A stretch of DNA of 64,000 nt from Octopus sinensis (taxonomy: Eukaryota), in the NCBI RefSeq assembly GCF_006345805.1, contig NC_042997.1:163804001-163868000 (forward strand). The letters run 5' to 3'. The notes beneath the pieces were generated by a model. That model was not told the origin of the DNA, searched no databases, and saw only the letters and a program-made list of their open reading frames with translations. Of this stretch, positions 1 to 13,883 are shown piece by piece (the first letter of the stretch is position 1; each line of letters opens with the position of its first letter). The position numbers and the translations under genes are program-made.

Positions 1-748
1 TTGTCTTCTTGATTAAACCAAATGTTGCAAAATTACTAAACAAATTCATGGCACACCTGAAGGAGGGTATGATTGCTGCTACTAGTCACTAACACAAGAG
101 TATCTATGATAATTTCATACCATCAGAAGGCCCATTAACATCTTGAAGAATGTTAATCCACTAGCAACCTCTTTCAGTGACATTTCACCTGACAGGTCAC
201 TAAATTAAGGTAATATTATTGGAAGTTCCATTAAAAACAATTCTATCACATACTGTGTTATTGTTCCAAAATACCAACATCTAGATCTGTAAGTTGTTTT
301 AAAAATTTTACATTATATTCATTTAAATTTTGAAAATTTTGATTATCTTGTCATTTGTTTTGTTCTACCAACATCAGGCAAAGTAAAAAAATATTTAGGA
401 CACCTTTTCTAGAACTCAGAATTAATGAGAAACTGGATTTGTTTCAATATGGGCTGCTAAATCTGAAACATTTCTTTTTCTACATAAATGGAGGAAAAGA
501 AGCCTCAATGTAGTTACTTAATCTGCTAAAAATAGAGCAAAATATCATGCAAACTGTATTTTAAAAGATTGAAAGAACACATTAGATATTGTAGCAATAC
601 ACAGCCCTAAAAAAGTGGGGATGTCATAACTGAAATATCTTTGATCACAAATGTGACCAAGACCAATTTGGAGCTCAACAACCACAATGAAATTAAGAAG
701 TTCATATTTAGAATGAGATGACAGGAAGCTGTACCAATCTAGATTACT

Positions 749-970
749 TATTTATTTATTGCCCACAAGGAGCTAAACATAGAGGGGACAAACAAGGACA
801 GACAAAGGGATTAAGTCAATTACATCGACCCCAGTGCATAACTGGTACTTAATTTATCGATCCCGGAAGGATGAAAGGCAAAGTCAACCTCAGTGAAATT
901 TGAACTCAGAACATAAAGACAGAAGAAATACTGCTAAGCATTTCACCCGGTGTGCTAGCGCTTCTGCCAG
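749..970 (-). mobile_element. tRNA-derived SINE, family A, with 10-bp TSD
   Basis: Reverse copy of the family also at 13884; flanked by the direct repeat ctagattact (739-748, 971-980). Confidence 0.85.
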
Positions 971-3900
971 CTAGATTACTGATAGACTGAACAATTACAT
1001 TGGATTTACAAAACACACAACCTTTGATTAATAATTCTTTCTAATTTCAGCACAAGGCCAGCAATTTTAAGTGGAGGTGGTTAATCAATTACATCGACTC
1101 TAGTGCTGAACTGGTGCTTCTTTTATTTACCTCTAAAGGATTAAAAGCAAAGTTGGTGGAATTTGAATAGAAACTTCCAATTGTAGAATATAATAAGAAT
1201 AAATATGGTGACTCACATTACTTGACTTATTCCGAAAAACAACCCTCTTCAATTTGAATTATCCAGAGATGATAAAAAATATATCTTTGTATAAGTTCTA
1301 ACTTCAAAAGCCCACATCCCTTCCTAGGCAGAATTGTAGAATTGTTAATGTTGGATAAAATGCCTTGTGGTGTTTAGTTACAGCTCTTTACATTACGAAT
1401 TCAAATCCTGCGAAGGCCACACATTGCCTTCCACCCTTCTGGTGTTGATAAAACAAAGTATTGCTCAAGTACTGGAGTTGATATAATCAACTATTCTTTT
1501 TCTTCAAATTTCAGGTCTTTGTGCCTATGTTACAAATAGGCACAATCTATGTAATAATTCATGCTAGATTATTACAGGGACAGGACCATGGAAAAAATGG
1601 TAGAGGCTGGGATTAAATTTCAGAATTGTACATGTTTAACAAGTGACTTTATCTGAGATCATGGTGTTGAAACTTACTTATGTTATATGGAAGGCATGGG
1701 ACGAAGGGGTGAGAAAGGATCTACAAATGTTGGGAGCCACAGAGAAGATGACAGGGGACTGAGACTCCTGGCTGTTTGCTGCACTTGAAAAGACACATCA
1801 AGCTAAGTAAAATCTGTAAAGTGGCTGGTGTTAGGAAGGGCATCCAGTCATAGAAATCATACCAAAACAGACATGGAGCTTAAACAGGCCTTCAGCTGGT
1901 CAGCTTCTGTCAAACCGTCCAACCCATGCCAGCATGGAAAACGGACGTATGATGATGATGATGGTGATGATGATTCACTTCAAGACCCAATACTCAAAAT
2001 GATTTTATATATAAAGTGTTAAATGCAATTCTCATCTATTGAGTGTAATAGCTACAATAAGTTCCTTATTATCTTAAGATGGCTAAAAGGGACCTTCCAC
2101 AAAGTAATTTGCTAGATTAAGTGTCTTTTAGTTGTTTAGATACATCTCTTTGCATTCTGAGTTTAAATCCTATTGGGGTTGACTTCACACTTCATCCTTC
2201 CTATAATATATATCAGAAATGTATCAGGTTCATTCAGTCTTCTATATTCCCTCTGCTACAATTATGAGGCTTTGTACTAATAAGAGATATTATCATCATT
2301 ATCATATTTATGTTAAAGTATAGGCATCAATATTTTGAAGTTTGTAAGTTTAGATAAGTTTGTAAACTATCACATTATAAACATATTCCTTTTATATCAA
2401 AGCAAACCACCACCAGTTACTTCAGAGTCTGAGTTTTTTTTTAGTATTAGATATTTCCTTTATTAAGTACCACAAAAAAAAAAGGCTTTTTGGGTGCATT
2501 CTAACAACATTAAAACTACCAAAGAACATGCTGTTATATGTACACAAACACAAAGAATATATACTCATCATCTTCATCATCATAAGATTAATCAATAATG
2601 TAAAACACCCTATAACTATCTCTCTCTCTCTTTTACACACACACACACACACACACACAGATACATAAATGCACACATATAGATATCTTTATATTTGTAT
2701 TAAGAACCCTCTAGAAAAAAAAAAGCATTGAAACCACTTTAGCTCCAAAACTCAATAGCAGAAGATTTTTTTATCTCTCACTTTATTTTTATCCTTCTGG
2801 TTGCCATAACCAAATGCTATTGAAATAAAACAAAATAAAATAAGCTTTAGAAATATCAGCAAATTATTACAATTTTCTATTTTATTTTTCACAGCTTCTA
2901 TTGATTTCACTAGCAGTGTATGCTTCTGACCTTTATTTAACAAGATGATAAGAGGTGTAATACCTTTCTATCATATAGAAGAGAGACAGGAGAAAACCAC
3001 GGAATTCATAAATAAAATGGGAATATATATCTAACAGTTATAGGAATAGACTAGGAAATAGCTCCAACTTACAGCTTGCACTATAGAATTTAGCAATTTC
3101 CAACTAAGTATTCCAGGAGAACAACAAGTTCTCCCCCCTTCTCTCCACCATCCCCACTGCTGACAGCCAAACGGTGTGATGTTTATTTGATTACAAGACA
3201 TGAACATTATTATGACTTACAGACAACACATTTGATCAGTTCCTGTTATCAAATTACTAGCTGTAAGCAATATCAAGATTTAGATGTAATATATTAATGA
3301 ATACTTTCAACTAATCATATTTCCTACCTGAATTCCTGACAGAACCACTAACACCTAAAACTGATGTTCTTTCTTCCTCATCACTATTTAGCTATTACAC
3401 ACACACAAAACATCAATGACAGTAATTACTGGACTATTTCAGCTCCTCTTATCCCCTGCCCCCCACCAACACAAACACCACTAACATGGAATAAACCGGC
3501 ATACTGCATAAATTGCACATAAATTGCATTAAAGGTATACAGTTGCTATATATTTTTAGAGAAACCCATTTATTGTCTGTTTACTTTTCTATAAAGCTCA
3601 TTGTTGTATTATAAATTTCATGATAAAATTATCATATGAATAAATAAGCGTACATATTAACTAACACATTCACAGGTATGTCAACATACCTACATATGTA
3701 TGTGTGTGAGTGTGTGTGTGTGTATGTGTACATGCATACGTGTGTATGAATATAAGCTACATCTATTATTTATAAATATGTGTATTCACTTTTAATAAAT
3801 ATTCTGAACTGTGTTATTAGATATTTGTTTATGTATTTTGTTTTCTGTATTTTATCTGGATACTATTCGGTATTGTGTCTACAACATGTGATTAGTGATT

Positions 3901-4039
3901 ATGTGTGATTAGTGCTGCTATTCTAATGTAATACAAGAACAATTAGTTTCAGTCGATAAAACAGGCTTCAGATACATATTCATTGCCTTGACCACTTTTA
4001 GCAGTGTTTGGATGAACATGGTTAAAGTAGATAGGATAT

Positions 4040-4640
4040 AGAGAAATCAGTCTTGAAAGAAACAAGGTTAAGAAAAACAGGGTTGAAAGAAACCAGATGA
4101 AGGAAACCAAGGTTATGAAAAACATGGTTTAAGGGAATAAGATTAGGAGAAATAGGGTAAAAGAAACAGAGTTAAGAAACACAATATTAAAGGAAATATG
4201 GGTTTAAGAAACATGATTAAGGAAACCAGGGTTAAGTAAAACAAGGTTAAGGAAATTAGGGTTAAGAAAAACATAGTTTAAGGGAATAAGATTAAAAATA
4301 ATAGGGTAAGGTAAAGAAAAAGAAAAACAGAGTTAAGGACATCAGGGTTAAGAAACACAAGATTTAAGAAAAAAACAGGGTTGAAAAAAACAGGATTAAG
4401 GAAACCAATGTTAAGAAAAATAGGGTTAAGAAAAGTATGGTTTAAGGGAATAGTTTTAAAAATAAAAGGGTAAAAAAAGAAAAAGGGTAAAAAAAGAAAA
4501 AAAAAACAGAACTAAAGACACCAAGGTTAAGAAAGAACAAGATTAAGGGAAATGGGTTTAAAAAAATAGGGTTGAAAGAAACATAGCTATAGGAAACGTG
4601 TTAAGGGAAACAGAGTTTAAAGAAAACAGAGTGGTGGAAA
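4040..4640. repeat. Degenerate purine-rich minisatellite (~16-bp unit, approx. gggttaagaaaaaca) with ~150-165-bp higher-order period
   Basis: Repeated ggttaag/aaaaac motifs; the block tgg/tag-tttaagggaata recurs near 4125, 4274 and 4438. Confidence 0.75.
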
Positions 4641-6164
4641 AAAAATTACGTTTAAAAAAAAAAAGTAAAGATTTCTAAGTGAAGTGTTATAAGGAATGTG
4701 AAGCAACATGTTGTGGAGTTCATGCCTTTACTTGAAGCATTGGTGATGAAAATAGTACTGAAAGGGAAACAAACTAGGTCAGATATTCCATTTCCCAAGA
4801 ATGTAGAAATGATATTTCTGTTCATCAGGTGAGTAGGGAATAAAAAATGTCATGATTTGATTCCAACTGGGTGTGTTTACCTATTTTCCAACTTAAAGCT
4901 TTCTATTGATTTTCTTTGAACACTCAAGTAAACACACTGCCATCAATGCTGTCATTATTATCATTACACCCCCACTATCATCATCATCATCATCATCATT
5001 ATTATCATCCCCCACCCCACCATCATCATCATCATTGCTGTGTTTCTTTTTGTCTAGGTACAAAGCATTTTTGAAATGTGGAGAATAGATGTAGTTAATT
5101 TCATTTCACTATACATTAGTACTTTATCACCCATAGAGAGATGAAAAGAACAAAGAAATCAATCTTGGCATGATCTGAACTTAAATATATGATTCCCCAA
5201 ACAACACATTGTAAAGCATCTTCATAGGCTCCATGCTATATATATATATAGCAGCTTCAATGTCTGATTCTCATTCCTACCACGACCATCATTAGTTTAC
5301 CATTATTTAGCATAAGTTGGACAGACATGCACAATAAAATACCTCCATACATTATTTTCCCATCTAACATTGGTTGCAGATACTAATTATAACTATACCA
5401 ACCTAGGGCACTCTTGGTTTACTTCTACACCTATCGCCTGTAAACATAATGCTAAACATGCATCATCCATTTGTAGCTATTTCCCTTCCAAACAATGAAT
5501 AATACATAAAATTCCTACTGTGACTCTCAGCTTATTTGCACCTAAAACTATCTTTCAAGTTTACATTACATCTAACAAACTATAATTAACTCCTTTGAAG
5601 TTGGTTCAGTGACTCCCTCAATGCTGCTCTTGTTCATGCAACCAGACTTCCACATAAAAAAAAAAGCCCCAAATCTTTACCACTAGTAAAGATAATAATT
5701 GTTCCTTAATTATACTAACATCTTTGCACACTTATCTTCAGAACTAATTAAAGTAATAAGGAAATTAGATTAGTTCATTCATAGACTGGCTCCACAATCT
5801 GTCATGAAACAATGTAGCTGGAATCTTTCTAAGCCTTATCTATATTTTGAGAAGTTTTGAGAATTTTATTGTCAACTTGGTTAATTCTGTTTTCACTAAC
5901 AGCACATGATTGCCATGAACATAGAGTTCTGAATATTCTTGTGATGGCAACCATAACAAGAAAATATAGTTAAAATTGTCCTTAGGAAATAAATTCTTAA
6001 TCTTCTCACCTTTATTTGGCCAGAAAACATTTAGATAAGAATCACTCTTTAATAGATCTATAGTCTAATCACACATATTTCTGTCTAAACTGAATAAATA
6101 TACTTCACTTTGGTTCTTCTCCTATATCTCTTTAATAAATCAAGTGATGAAATATTTCATATAT

Positions 6165-7395
6165 GCAAGTGTGTATGTACCTGTGCATACATGAACTTAT
6201 GAATAACCTTCAGGATTTCCCTTCGGTCAGTGATACAATTTCCCTTTTGACAGTTCACATACTGATTGTGAAGCTAAAGTTGTTGCAAGCAGTGGAAAAG
6301 CAGTTCATGCTCTGCTGCATCTTCCACCTTGATCTTGGCCTATAGACTCTGCAAGTTGAAGAGAGTCTGCCACCAGTCCTAGATCTGATTTTGATGCTGG
6401 TTTCATCATTGTTGCAGAAAGCATCCAACAGCATAGCTGGGAATATGCTGAACAGTGTAGGTTTAAGTACACAATCCTGCTTGACTCCATGGGGATGTGT
6501 CAGAAGAATTTCCACTGTCCAGTACTTGAATGAGCATGCTGTCATGGAAGTGTCACATCAGGCTGATGAATTTATTCAGGCAGCCAAAATTTCCCATGAT
6601 CTTCCAAAGCCCTTCATGATTGTTGGAGGGGAAACCCTGAAGGTTGTTGATAAGTTAATGTACTTTGGCAGCACACTCTCCAGATCTGTGATCATTGATG
6701 ATTAAGTTGACACATGCTTCATCAAAGGAAGTTCAGCACTTGAGCAGCTGCATGAGTCAGTGTGGGAGATGAGAGGTATTAGGAAGACCACTAAGTTGAA
6801 GGTGTGCCAAACAGTTGTACTGCATATGCTACTGTACCCCCTGCAAGACTTGGAGAGTTTGAGAACACCATGTCAAAAAGCTGAACCACTTCCATATGAC
6901 CTGCTTGAAAAAGATATTGAAAACCACCAAACAAAACAAGGTCCCAGACATGGAGGTCCTCTCTTAAGCTGATCTGCTGAGTATTTATACACTGCTGAGG
7001 AGAGCATAAGTCAGGTGGGCAGTCCACTTTGATCAACTGTGGGACACATGACTCACCAATAGATTTTTTTGTAGAAAACTGGTGGAAAGCAAGTGCATGC
7101 AAGGTAGACACTGAAGAGCTCTGAGATCAACCACAACACATGGGAAACACAAGCGCAAATGGCCCTGCCTGGTGAAGCTACACCAACAGTGTGCCACCTC
7201 CTTCAAACAGAACAGGATTGCATGGGCACAAAGAAAAGGTGAACTGTGCAAGTCTAGAGCCAACTCCTTGCCTTCAGTGTTAGTAGATCACCAGTACCTG
7301 ACCTGTGTCACAGCATGACATACCTTGCCCTATCTTCTTCTCCCATGTGATGTCCTTGGTCATTGTCGACAATGATGAATGAACTAACAATAATA
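6165..7395. mobile_element. RTE-clade LINE family 2 (BovB-like), 5'-inverted: ~6165-6620 minus, ~6621-7395 plus
   Basis: Minus part reads HEGLWKIMGNFGCLNKFISLM*HFHDSM...GVKQDCVLKPTLFSIF...QSMNCFSTACNNFSFTIS. Plus part reads GGETLKVVDKLMYFGSTLSR...WEMRGIRKTTKLKV and ends in a caa/taa tail. Confidence 0.8.
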
Positions 7396-8613
7396 ACTGC
7401 ATATATCTGTGTTTATGAGAGAGTAGAACTAAACAAAGCCAAATGTATATAGAATTAAAGAGAATTTGAATAAGGAGGGAAGAATTTGAATAAATGCAAG
7501 GTAGTTTTGCTTGAATTTCTGTTGATCTGCTGTAGCTTTAAATTATATTGTAAGTTCTGTTCATGTAAAATAAATTGATAGATAGTATGTATCTATGGGA
7601 AATGGCAGATATGGAATACAAAATAGCTAAATACATAAAGCCTATAATAGTAGCTACAAGGGAGAAAGGAAAGATATTACTATGATGTGGACAAGAAGCC
7701 ACTGTCTACTACATAATTAATACTTTATCAATCACTTGAATAGCATTCATTTAGATACATTCATGAATGCTAGAGGTCAAAAATACGTAGTACCTCTCTT
7801 TCATAGGCAACATGCTTAGGGTTACATGTTATTTCAAAAACAACAACATTCTTTACACATAAAACACTAACAGGCGCCATTCCTTCCATTTTCTCTTTAT
7901 TCTCTGAAACGTAACTTTAACAAAATACAATGAACACTAATGTACAGTTACTATAGAGATGAATTATCTCTTTAAAAAAAAATGCATATATAATTAAATA
8001 AAATATAGCTACAAGTTATTCTCAGTTGAATGTAAAAATAATCTTTACAAAATGTTTTACTAAGTAGACTAAATTATTAGCAGTATTTTTTATAGCATTT
8101 AATTTTGTATTGATTCACCTTTATCTAAGGAGAAAGGGAAGACACCTGGCAGTATTCTTTGAAAGGTTACATCATAGAGCAGCTTGGGTTTCATAACAAA
8201 ATTTTATAGAAATATTTTACATGTTGTTTCATTCATTTTCAATGTTCTTTAAACTGATTATATATAGCAGTGAATGATAACAGTGACATTCCTGAATTAA
8301 CCAGTAACTATGTAATTGTTAAACGCTACCCATTATTAGAAATTATTTATGGTAAACTCAATAATAGAAATACGAGGGAGATGAAAGTGATGAAACATCT
8401 GTTTTGAGATGGTGATAATAAAGAGGAAAATGAAAACGACTATGCTGCTGCTGCTGCTGATGATGATTATGACAATGATGATGATTGCTGATAATAATGA
8501 AGACAGTAAGAGTGATGATAATGTTAATTATGGCAATGATGATGATGATGATGATATGAAACTGGTAGTAATAATGATGTGTTGTGTTGTTTAGCGGCAG
8601 GTCAATTCTGATG

Positions 8614-9123
8614 TGTGGAGGTGCAATGGCCCAGTGGTTCGGGCAGCGGACTCGCAGTCGTAGGATCGCGGTTTTGATTCCCAGATCGGGCATTGTGAGT
8701 GTTTATTGAGCCAAAACACCTAAAGCTCCATGAGGCTCCGGCAGGTAGGGTGGAGGTGGGGGTGGGGTGAACCCTGCTGTACGCTTTCACCACAACTTTC
8801 TCTCACTCTTTCTTTCTGTTTCTGCCGTACTTGTATTTTAAAGGGCCAGCCTTGTCACACTTTGTGTCATGCTGATACTCCCTGAGAACTACGTTAAGGG
8901 TACATGTGTCTGTGGAGTGCGCGAACTGCGATGTCACTGGTGCCAAGCTGTATCAGCCTTTGCCTTTCCCTTGGATAACATCGGTGGCGTAGAGAGAGGA
9001 GGCTGGTATGGATGGGCGACTGCTGATCTTCCATAAACAATCTTGCCCAGACTTGTGCCTGGGAAGGTAACTTTCTAGGTGCAATCCCATGGTCAGTCAT
9101 GACCGAAGGGGGTCACAACAATA
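8614..9123 (+). mobile_element. tRNA-derived SINE, family B, full length, with 11-bp TSD
   Basis: tRNA-like head (gtggaggtgcaatggcccagtggttcgggcagcggactc...); TSD caattctgatg at 8603-8613 and 9124-9134; homologues at 43671 and 51802. Confidence 0.85.
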
Positions 9124-9603
9124 CAATTCTGATGCAGCAGATCCATGATCAAAAATATTCATCTGCAACCATCTTGTTTTTTGAGAGGTATGTATAACTG
9201 CAATATCCAGTGTCTCTAATCCTATTTAAGATGATAAAGTGTGATTTGAGAGATATTTAGCTGTTGCTTCTAGCAGGTCGATTGACTAAGTAGAGGCTCC
9301 TTGTTGGCTTGAAGATGATGTATCAGTGATTATGAAGATGGTAATGTTGAGAATGGTTGTTGTTTTTGATGATGGTGATGATAATGATAATAAGGAAGAT
9401 CTAGATAGTGGTAGTAGTAGTGGTGGTGGTGGCAGCAGTGGTGCTGGTGCTACTGATGATGAGAATGGTGGAAGCTAATGGTGATGATCATATAGCAGAT
9501 GTCTTCTTTTTCACTGGATCTAAACATCAAAGGAGATAAGAACAATGACAGTAATGAATACTTACAGCAATAAAGGAGAGTACAAGTGAAAATAAATGCC
9601 TAC

Positions 9604-9710
9604 CGATCTTCAGTGAAATCCATATAATTTGGTAAGGCTCCATATTGCATTAAAAGTTTCACAGCATCCAGATGACCACGCCTACAGGCCCAATGAGTGG
9701 CAGTTTTCCC
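9604..9710 (-). CDS. INVS: Next coding exon of inversin-like protein: GKTATHWACRRGHLDAVKLLMQYGALPNYMDFTED(R)
   Basis: 107-bp exon, acceptor ctttgtttag|ggg, donor cg|gtaggc. The phase-0 start matches the phase-0 end of exon 25068-25164. It matches the immediately following inversin segment GRTALHWSCNNGYLDAIKLLLDFAAFPNQMENNEER (recalled). Confidence 0.92.
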
Positions 9711-11424
9711 CTAAACAAAGAAAAATGAAAAGAATTTAAAACAAATATCATCGTAATACACATTTACATACATTTTCCTCATAACACAATAGAAAATGGC
9801 ATTCATAATTATAGTAAGTATTTCGAAGAGAATGGGTATGAGAAGTTAAAAGTCTGTCTGCACAACATTTGTACAATACTGTTTAGGGATTTAAAATGGT
9901 TAGAATGCATTAATTCTTGTACAAAAGTTATGCTTTGTAATAGTATTTCCTGTTTAGAGAAAGAAAGTCTGAACTACTTTCTACTTTTCCCTCAAAGGGA
10001 TTTAAAACAAGAAAGGATGGAAGCCAGGTTATATAACTGAGATGTTAGTTTTCAATCATTCAAACATTTCAAGATCTTAAGAAGTCCATTTAGAACAGAA
10101 AAGCTTGTGCTTTCAATATTTTTATATATAAAAACAGAACCTTTAAGAATTGTATCTTTCTTCAGTTCATGACCACCTCAAGCTAATGAATTTTAACACA
10201 TAGACACAAACTCTCTCTCTCAATCACATATGTACACAGCAGGCTTCATTCAGTTCACATCTATCAAATCCATTTACAAGGCCTTGATTGGTTTGGGGGC
10301 TACAGTAGAAGACTCTAGCCTAAGGTGCCAAACAATAGCACTGAACCCAAAACGACACAGTTGGGAAGAGAATGTATTAAACATACAATCATATATCTCA
10401 TTTATAGATATCTGATTTACTACAATCTGTAATGTAAATGCCTTTTACACATAAGAGGAGGTTTTAAAAGCTATTACTTAGCTCTGGTTTCAGAGTATTA
10501 AATTAGTCAGAAATAAATGTTCTCTCTTGATAGGGTACAAGCTTTATTGTACATAAGATTCTCAGAATATCTGGTATAAATCAAAGATGATTTAATATAA
10601 AATCAAACATGATTTAGTACATAGTGAATGATGATATGCTGTTAATTAAATCAAAGCATGATAAGATAACATAATGAACAATAAATAGTTTTGTTCCGAA
10701 ACTGAATGAAATACTAATGAGCAGGTGGTTTAATGCCATGTCGACAGGGCCAGTTTTGCTTCAACCACAAACTGGTATTAAACAAACCAATGAGGGTACT
10801 TTCTGCTAGAAATAGCAACTAAATCTCACTCAAACTACACCATACATAATCATTATCACTGGGATCATTTAATGCCTGCCTTCCATACTAGCATGGGTGG
10901 CCAATTTGACAGGCTCTCATGAGCGAGAGGGCTGCACTGGGTTCTAATGTCTGCTTTGGCATTGTTCTGACATCTGGATGCCCTTCCAAATGCCAACCAC
11001 TTTACAGAGTGTACTGGATGTTAATTTTTTCATAGCAGCAGCACAAGCAAGGTCACCAAGTAACTTAGGAAAAACAAAACCCTTTGACAAAGTGGGATGC
11101 AGTATAGAGAGAGGTGGCTTTGAGCCATGTTTGAAAGGAACAAAAACATATATTTTAATGCAGAGAAGATACATGGCAGCCAAGCAGGAGATGAAGAAAG
11201 CATGACAGAGATGATGCATCAAGAATAGTGACTTGAGATGAGGTGTCAGAATAGTGACTAAAAATAGAGAATGGATGGGTGGGTAGGTTCATGAGAGTGT
11301 GAAAAGAAAAAGACAGAGAGTAGGGTGAACATAGGCAAATGCAGTGAATGGTGAACATGGATGGAAGCACCATCTTAAAGAAAAAGGTTACATTATATAA
11401 TATACACCAGGATACACTATATCT

Positions 11425-11815
11425 TTTGTCTTTTACTTGTTTCAGCCATTAGACTGTGATCATGCTGGGGCACTACCTTGAGGAATTTTTAGTCATTTGA
11501 ATCAACCCAGTTCTTATTTTTTTCTTTCCTCAGCTTAGTACTTACTCTATTGGTCTCTTTTGCTGAACTGTTAAGTTACAGGGACAAACACACCAACACC
11601 AGTTGTCAAGTGGTAGTGGGGAACAAACACAGCCACAAAGATACACACACACACACAACAGGCCTCTTAGAGTTTCTGTCTATGAATGCACTCGCAAGGT
11701 ATTGACTGGCCTGAGGCTATAGTAGAGGACACTTGCCCAAGGTGCTATGCAGAAGAACTGAACCCAGAACCATGCAGTTGGAAAGCAAACTTCTTACCAC
11801 ACAGCCATGCCTGCA
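11425..11815 (-). mobile_element. tRNA-derived SINE, family C
   Basis: Reverse complement of the family at 23589 and 62877 (cacttgcccaaggtg...; tttacttgtttcag...). Many further fragments occur in the window. Confidence 0.75.
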
Positions 11816-12411
11816 CCTATACTTAAACAAAAACTATAAAAAAAAAAAAATAAAAAAAGCAGAATGCTTATGGTTGGCATGCCTTTCATCATTGGTTTAT
11901 CTAATCGGGGCTGACTTGTGGGCTAAGCAACAATAATGGTAACAGCAATGAGCATTGAAAGTATAATAGTTAACACTCAGACTTTTTTACATTATCAAGC
12001 AGGTTTATCAAAACGGTGAGTCAACTGACGAATCAATCAATCAATCAATATTTTACCTATTTCTAGTTAGTATGATAAATCTGATTGATTACATATCTAT
12101 CAGATATCTATCCAGAGTCATCTCTATCACCTCTTCTGTAGTTTGAGGAAGGATTTGAACTCAATACAGTAAAGTAGAGATAACCTACTTAAATAAATAT
12201 GCAATTGCTTCGCTGCCTATGGAAGTGACCTACACCAAGCAATGGTAGCACATAACAGTTATAGGAACTGGACCCAAGGGATTTATTTAAATGTCTCTGC
12301 AAGGGAGATTGAATTGCTTATTTTTCTGTGGTAAACAAACACACTATCTATTAACTCAGCTTACTGCAACTCTTCCAATAATTATGAATACAAGAAACAA
12401 ATTGTAAGTGT

Positions 12412-12577
12412 ATGTATATATATATTTATATATACATATATTTATGTATGTGTATATATATATATATTATATATATATATATATATATATTTATATTTAT
12501 GTATGTATATATATATAAATTATATATATATATATACACACACACATATATATATACATACATATATATGCATATAT

Positions 12578-12611
<34 letters not shown>

Positions 12612-12895
12612 CGTACACACATATATATATATACACTATATATATATATATGTGTGTGTGTATATATATACACTATGTATATATGTACATACATATACGT
12701 AAATATATATATATATATATACATATATATACACATACATATAGACATACATACACACACATGCATATATATACACACATACATACATACGTACATACAT
12801 ACATACACATACATACATATGTGTGCATATATATATTTGTATGCGTGTGTATGTGTATACATATATATATATGTTTGTATGTGTGTGTGTATGCA
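12412..12895. repeat. Compound (TA)n/(CA)n/(TG)n microsatellite block
   Basis: Seen directly. Confidence 0.95.
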
Positions 12896-12904
12896 CAGAA
12901 GATG

Positions 12905-13190
12905 GACGGGTGATTGTTAATGGTGGCCATTTGGGAAATGTTTTCTGATTAGAAAGAGGAAATGTTTTACAATACAGGTTTTTCACATCAATGTTTATGG
13001 TCAATTATACCAAATGATATTTCTTTTCCTTATGTTTTTAGCATGCTTGCTAGATGGCGTTCATTAGCTCAACCACTACATTTCCTAAAGCCAACCCTTG
13101 TTTGCCTGGATTGCATTTCCCATTGTTTGATATTGGATTTTAGGTATACGATTGGGTTTGTGTACCTTTGTCTGTACTCTCACCATATAT
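12905..13190 (-). mobile_element. Penelope-like element remnant
   Basis: Minus translation gives KVHKPN and RKRNIIWYN*P...KHFLFLIRKHFPNGHH, matching the Penelope motif RKRNIIWFNPP...F..LI.KHFP. Confidence 0.7.
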
Positions 13191-13259
<69 letters not shown>

Positions 13260-13549
13260 TATGTATATATGTATGTGTATGCGTGTATGATGATGATGAT
13301 GATGATGGACGATATATATATATATACACACACACATACATATATCTTTTATTTGTTTCAGTTATTAGATGTGGCCATGCTGGGGCAACACCATGAAGAA
13401 TTTTTAGTCGAAGGAATCAATCCCATTTCCTTATTTTAAAGTCTGGCACTGGAGCAATATGTTCAATGAGCTTACTGGAAAAAAGATTCTCTTAATTGTC
13501 CATATGGCCCATTAGATGTGGTTGTTAGCTTTTGTTACCTAGGAGATAT

Positions 13550-13830
13550 AATTAATAGAAAGTATAGAAGCCCGAGTAAGAAAGAGTTGGGAAAAGTTCA
13601 GAGAACTATTGTCATTGCTGGCAACAAAAGTCCCTTGTCTCAAAGTGAAGGGCAGATTGTATGATCCTTGTATTAGGACTGCAATGTTGTATAGTAGTGA
13701 GACATGAGCTTTGAATGCAGAAGACCAGCAGAGATTAGAAAGAAATGAACCTAGCATGTTCCAATGGCTAAGTAATGTTAGTGTCCGTGAATTCTGGAGT
13801 AAATAATGAATTAAGGGGAAAATGAGTGTA
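13550..13830 (+). mobile_element. RTE family 1 C-terminal fragment
   Basis: IEARVRKSWEKFRELLSLLATKVPCLKVKGRLYDPCIRTAMLYSSET*ALNAED, homologous to 40640-40830. Confidence 0.8.
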
Positions 13831-13883
13831 AGGAATTGAGTGTGATGTACAAGAGATGGGGATGCATTGGAATAGGTATGTAA

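Noticed and set aside
2752-2975. Minus-strand frame KGITPLIILLNKG as the next inversin exon
   Set aside because: The exon must start in phase 2; both nearby AG acceptors give early stops in that phase, and the peptide lacks YTPLDYAL and IQ-motif similarity.
4681-4835. ~49-codon plus-strand open frame ending near a strong cag|gtgagt donor
   Set aside because: No recognisable homology, no good acceptor and no partner exon.
8614-8700. tRNA genes at the SINE heads (also 13884, 51802, 62877)
   Set aside because: A/B-box-like heads run into SINE bodies with TSDs; I found no complete cloverleaf.
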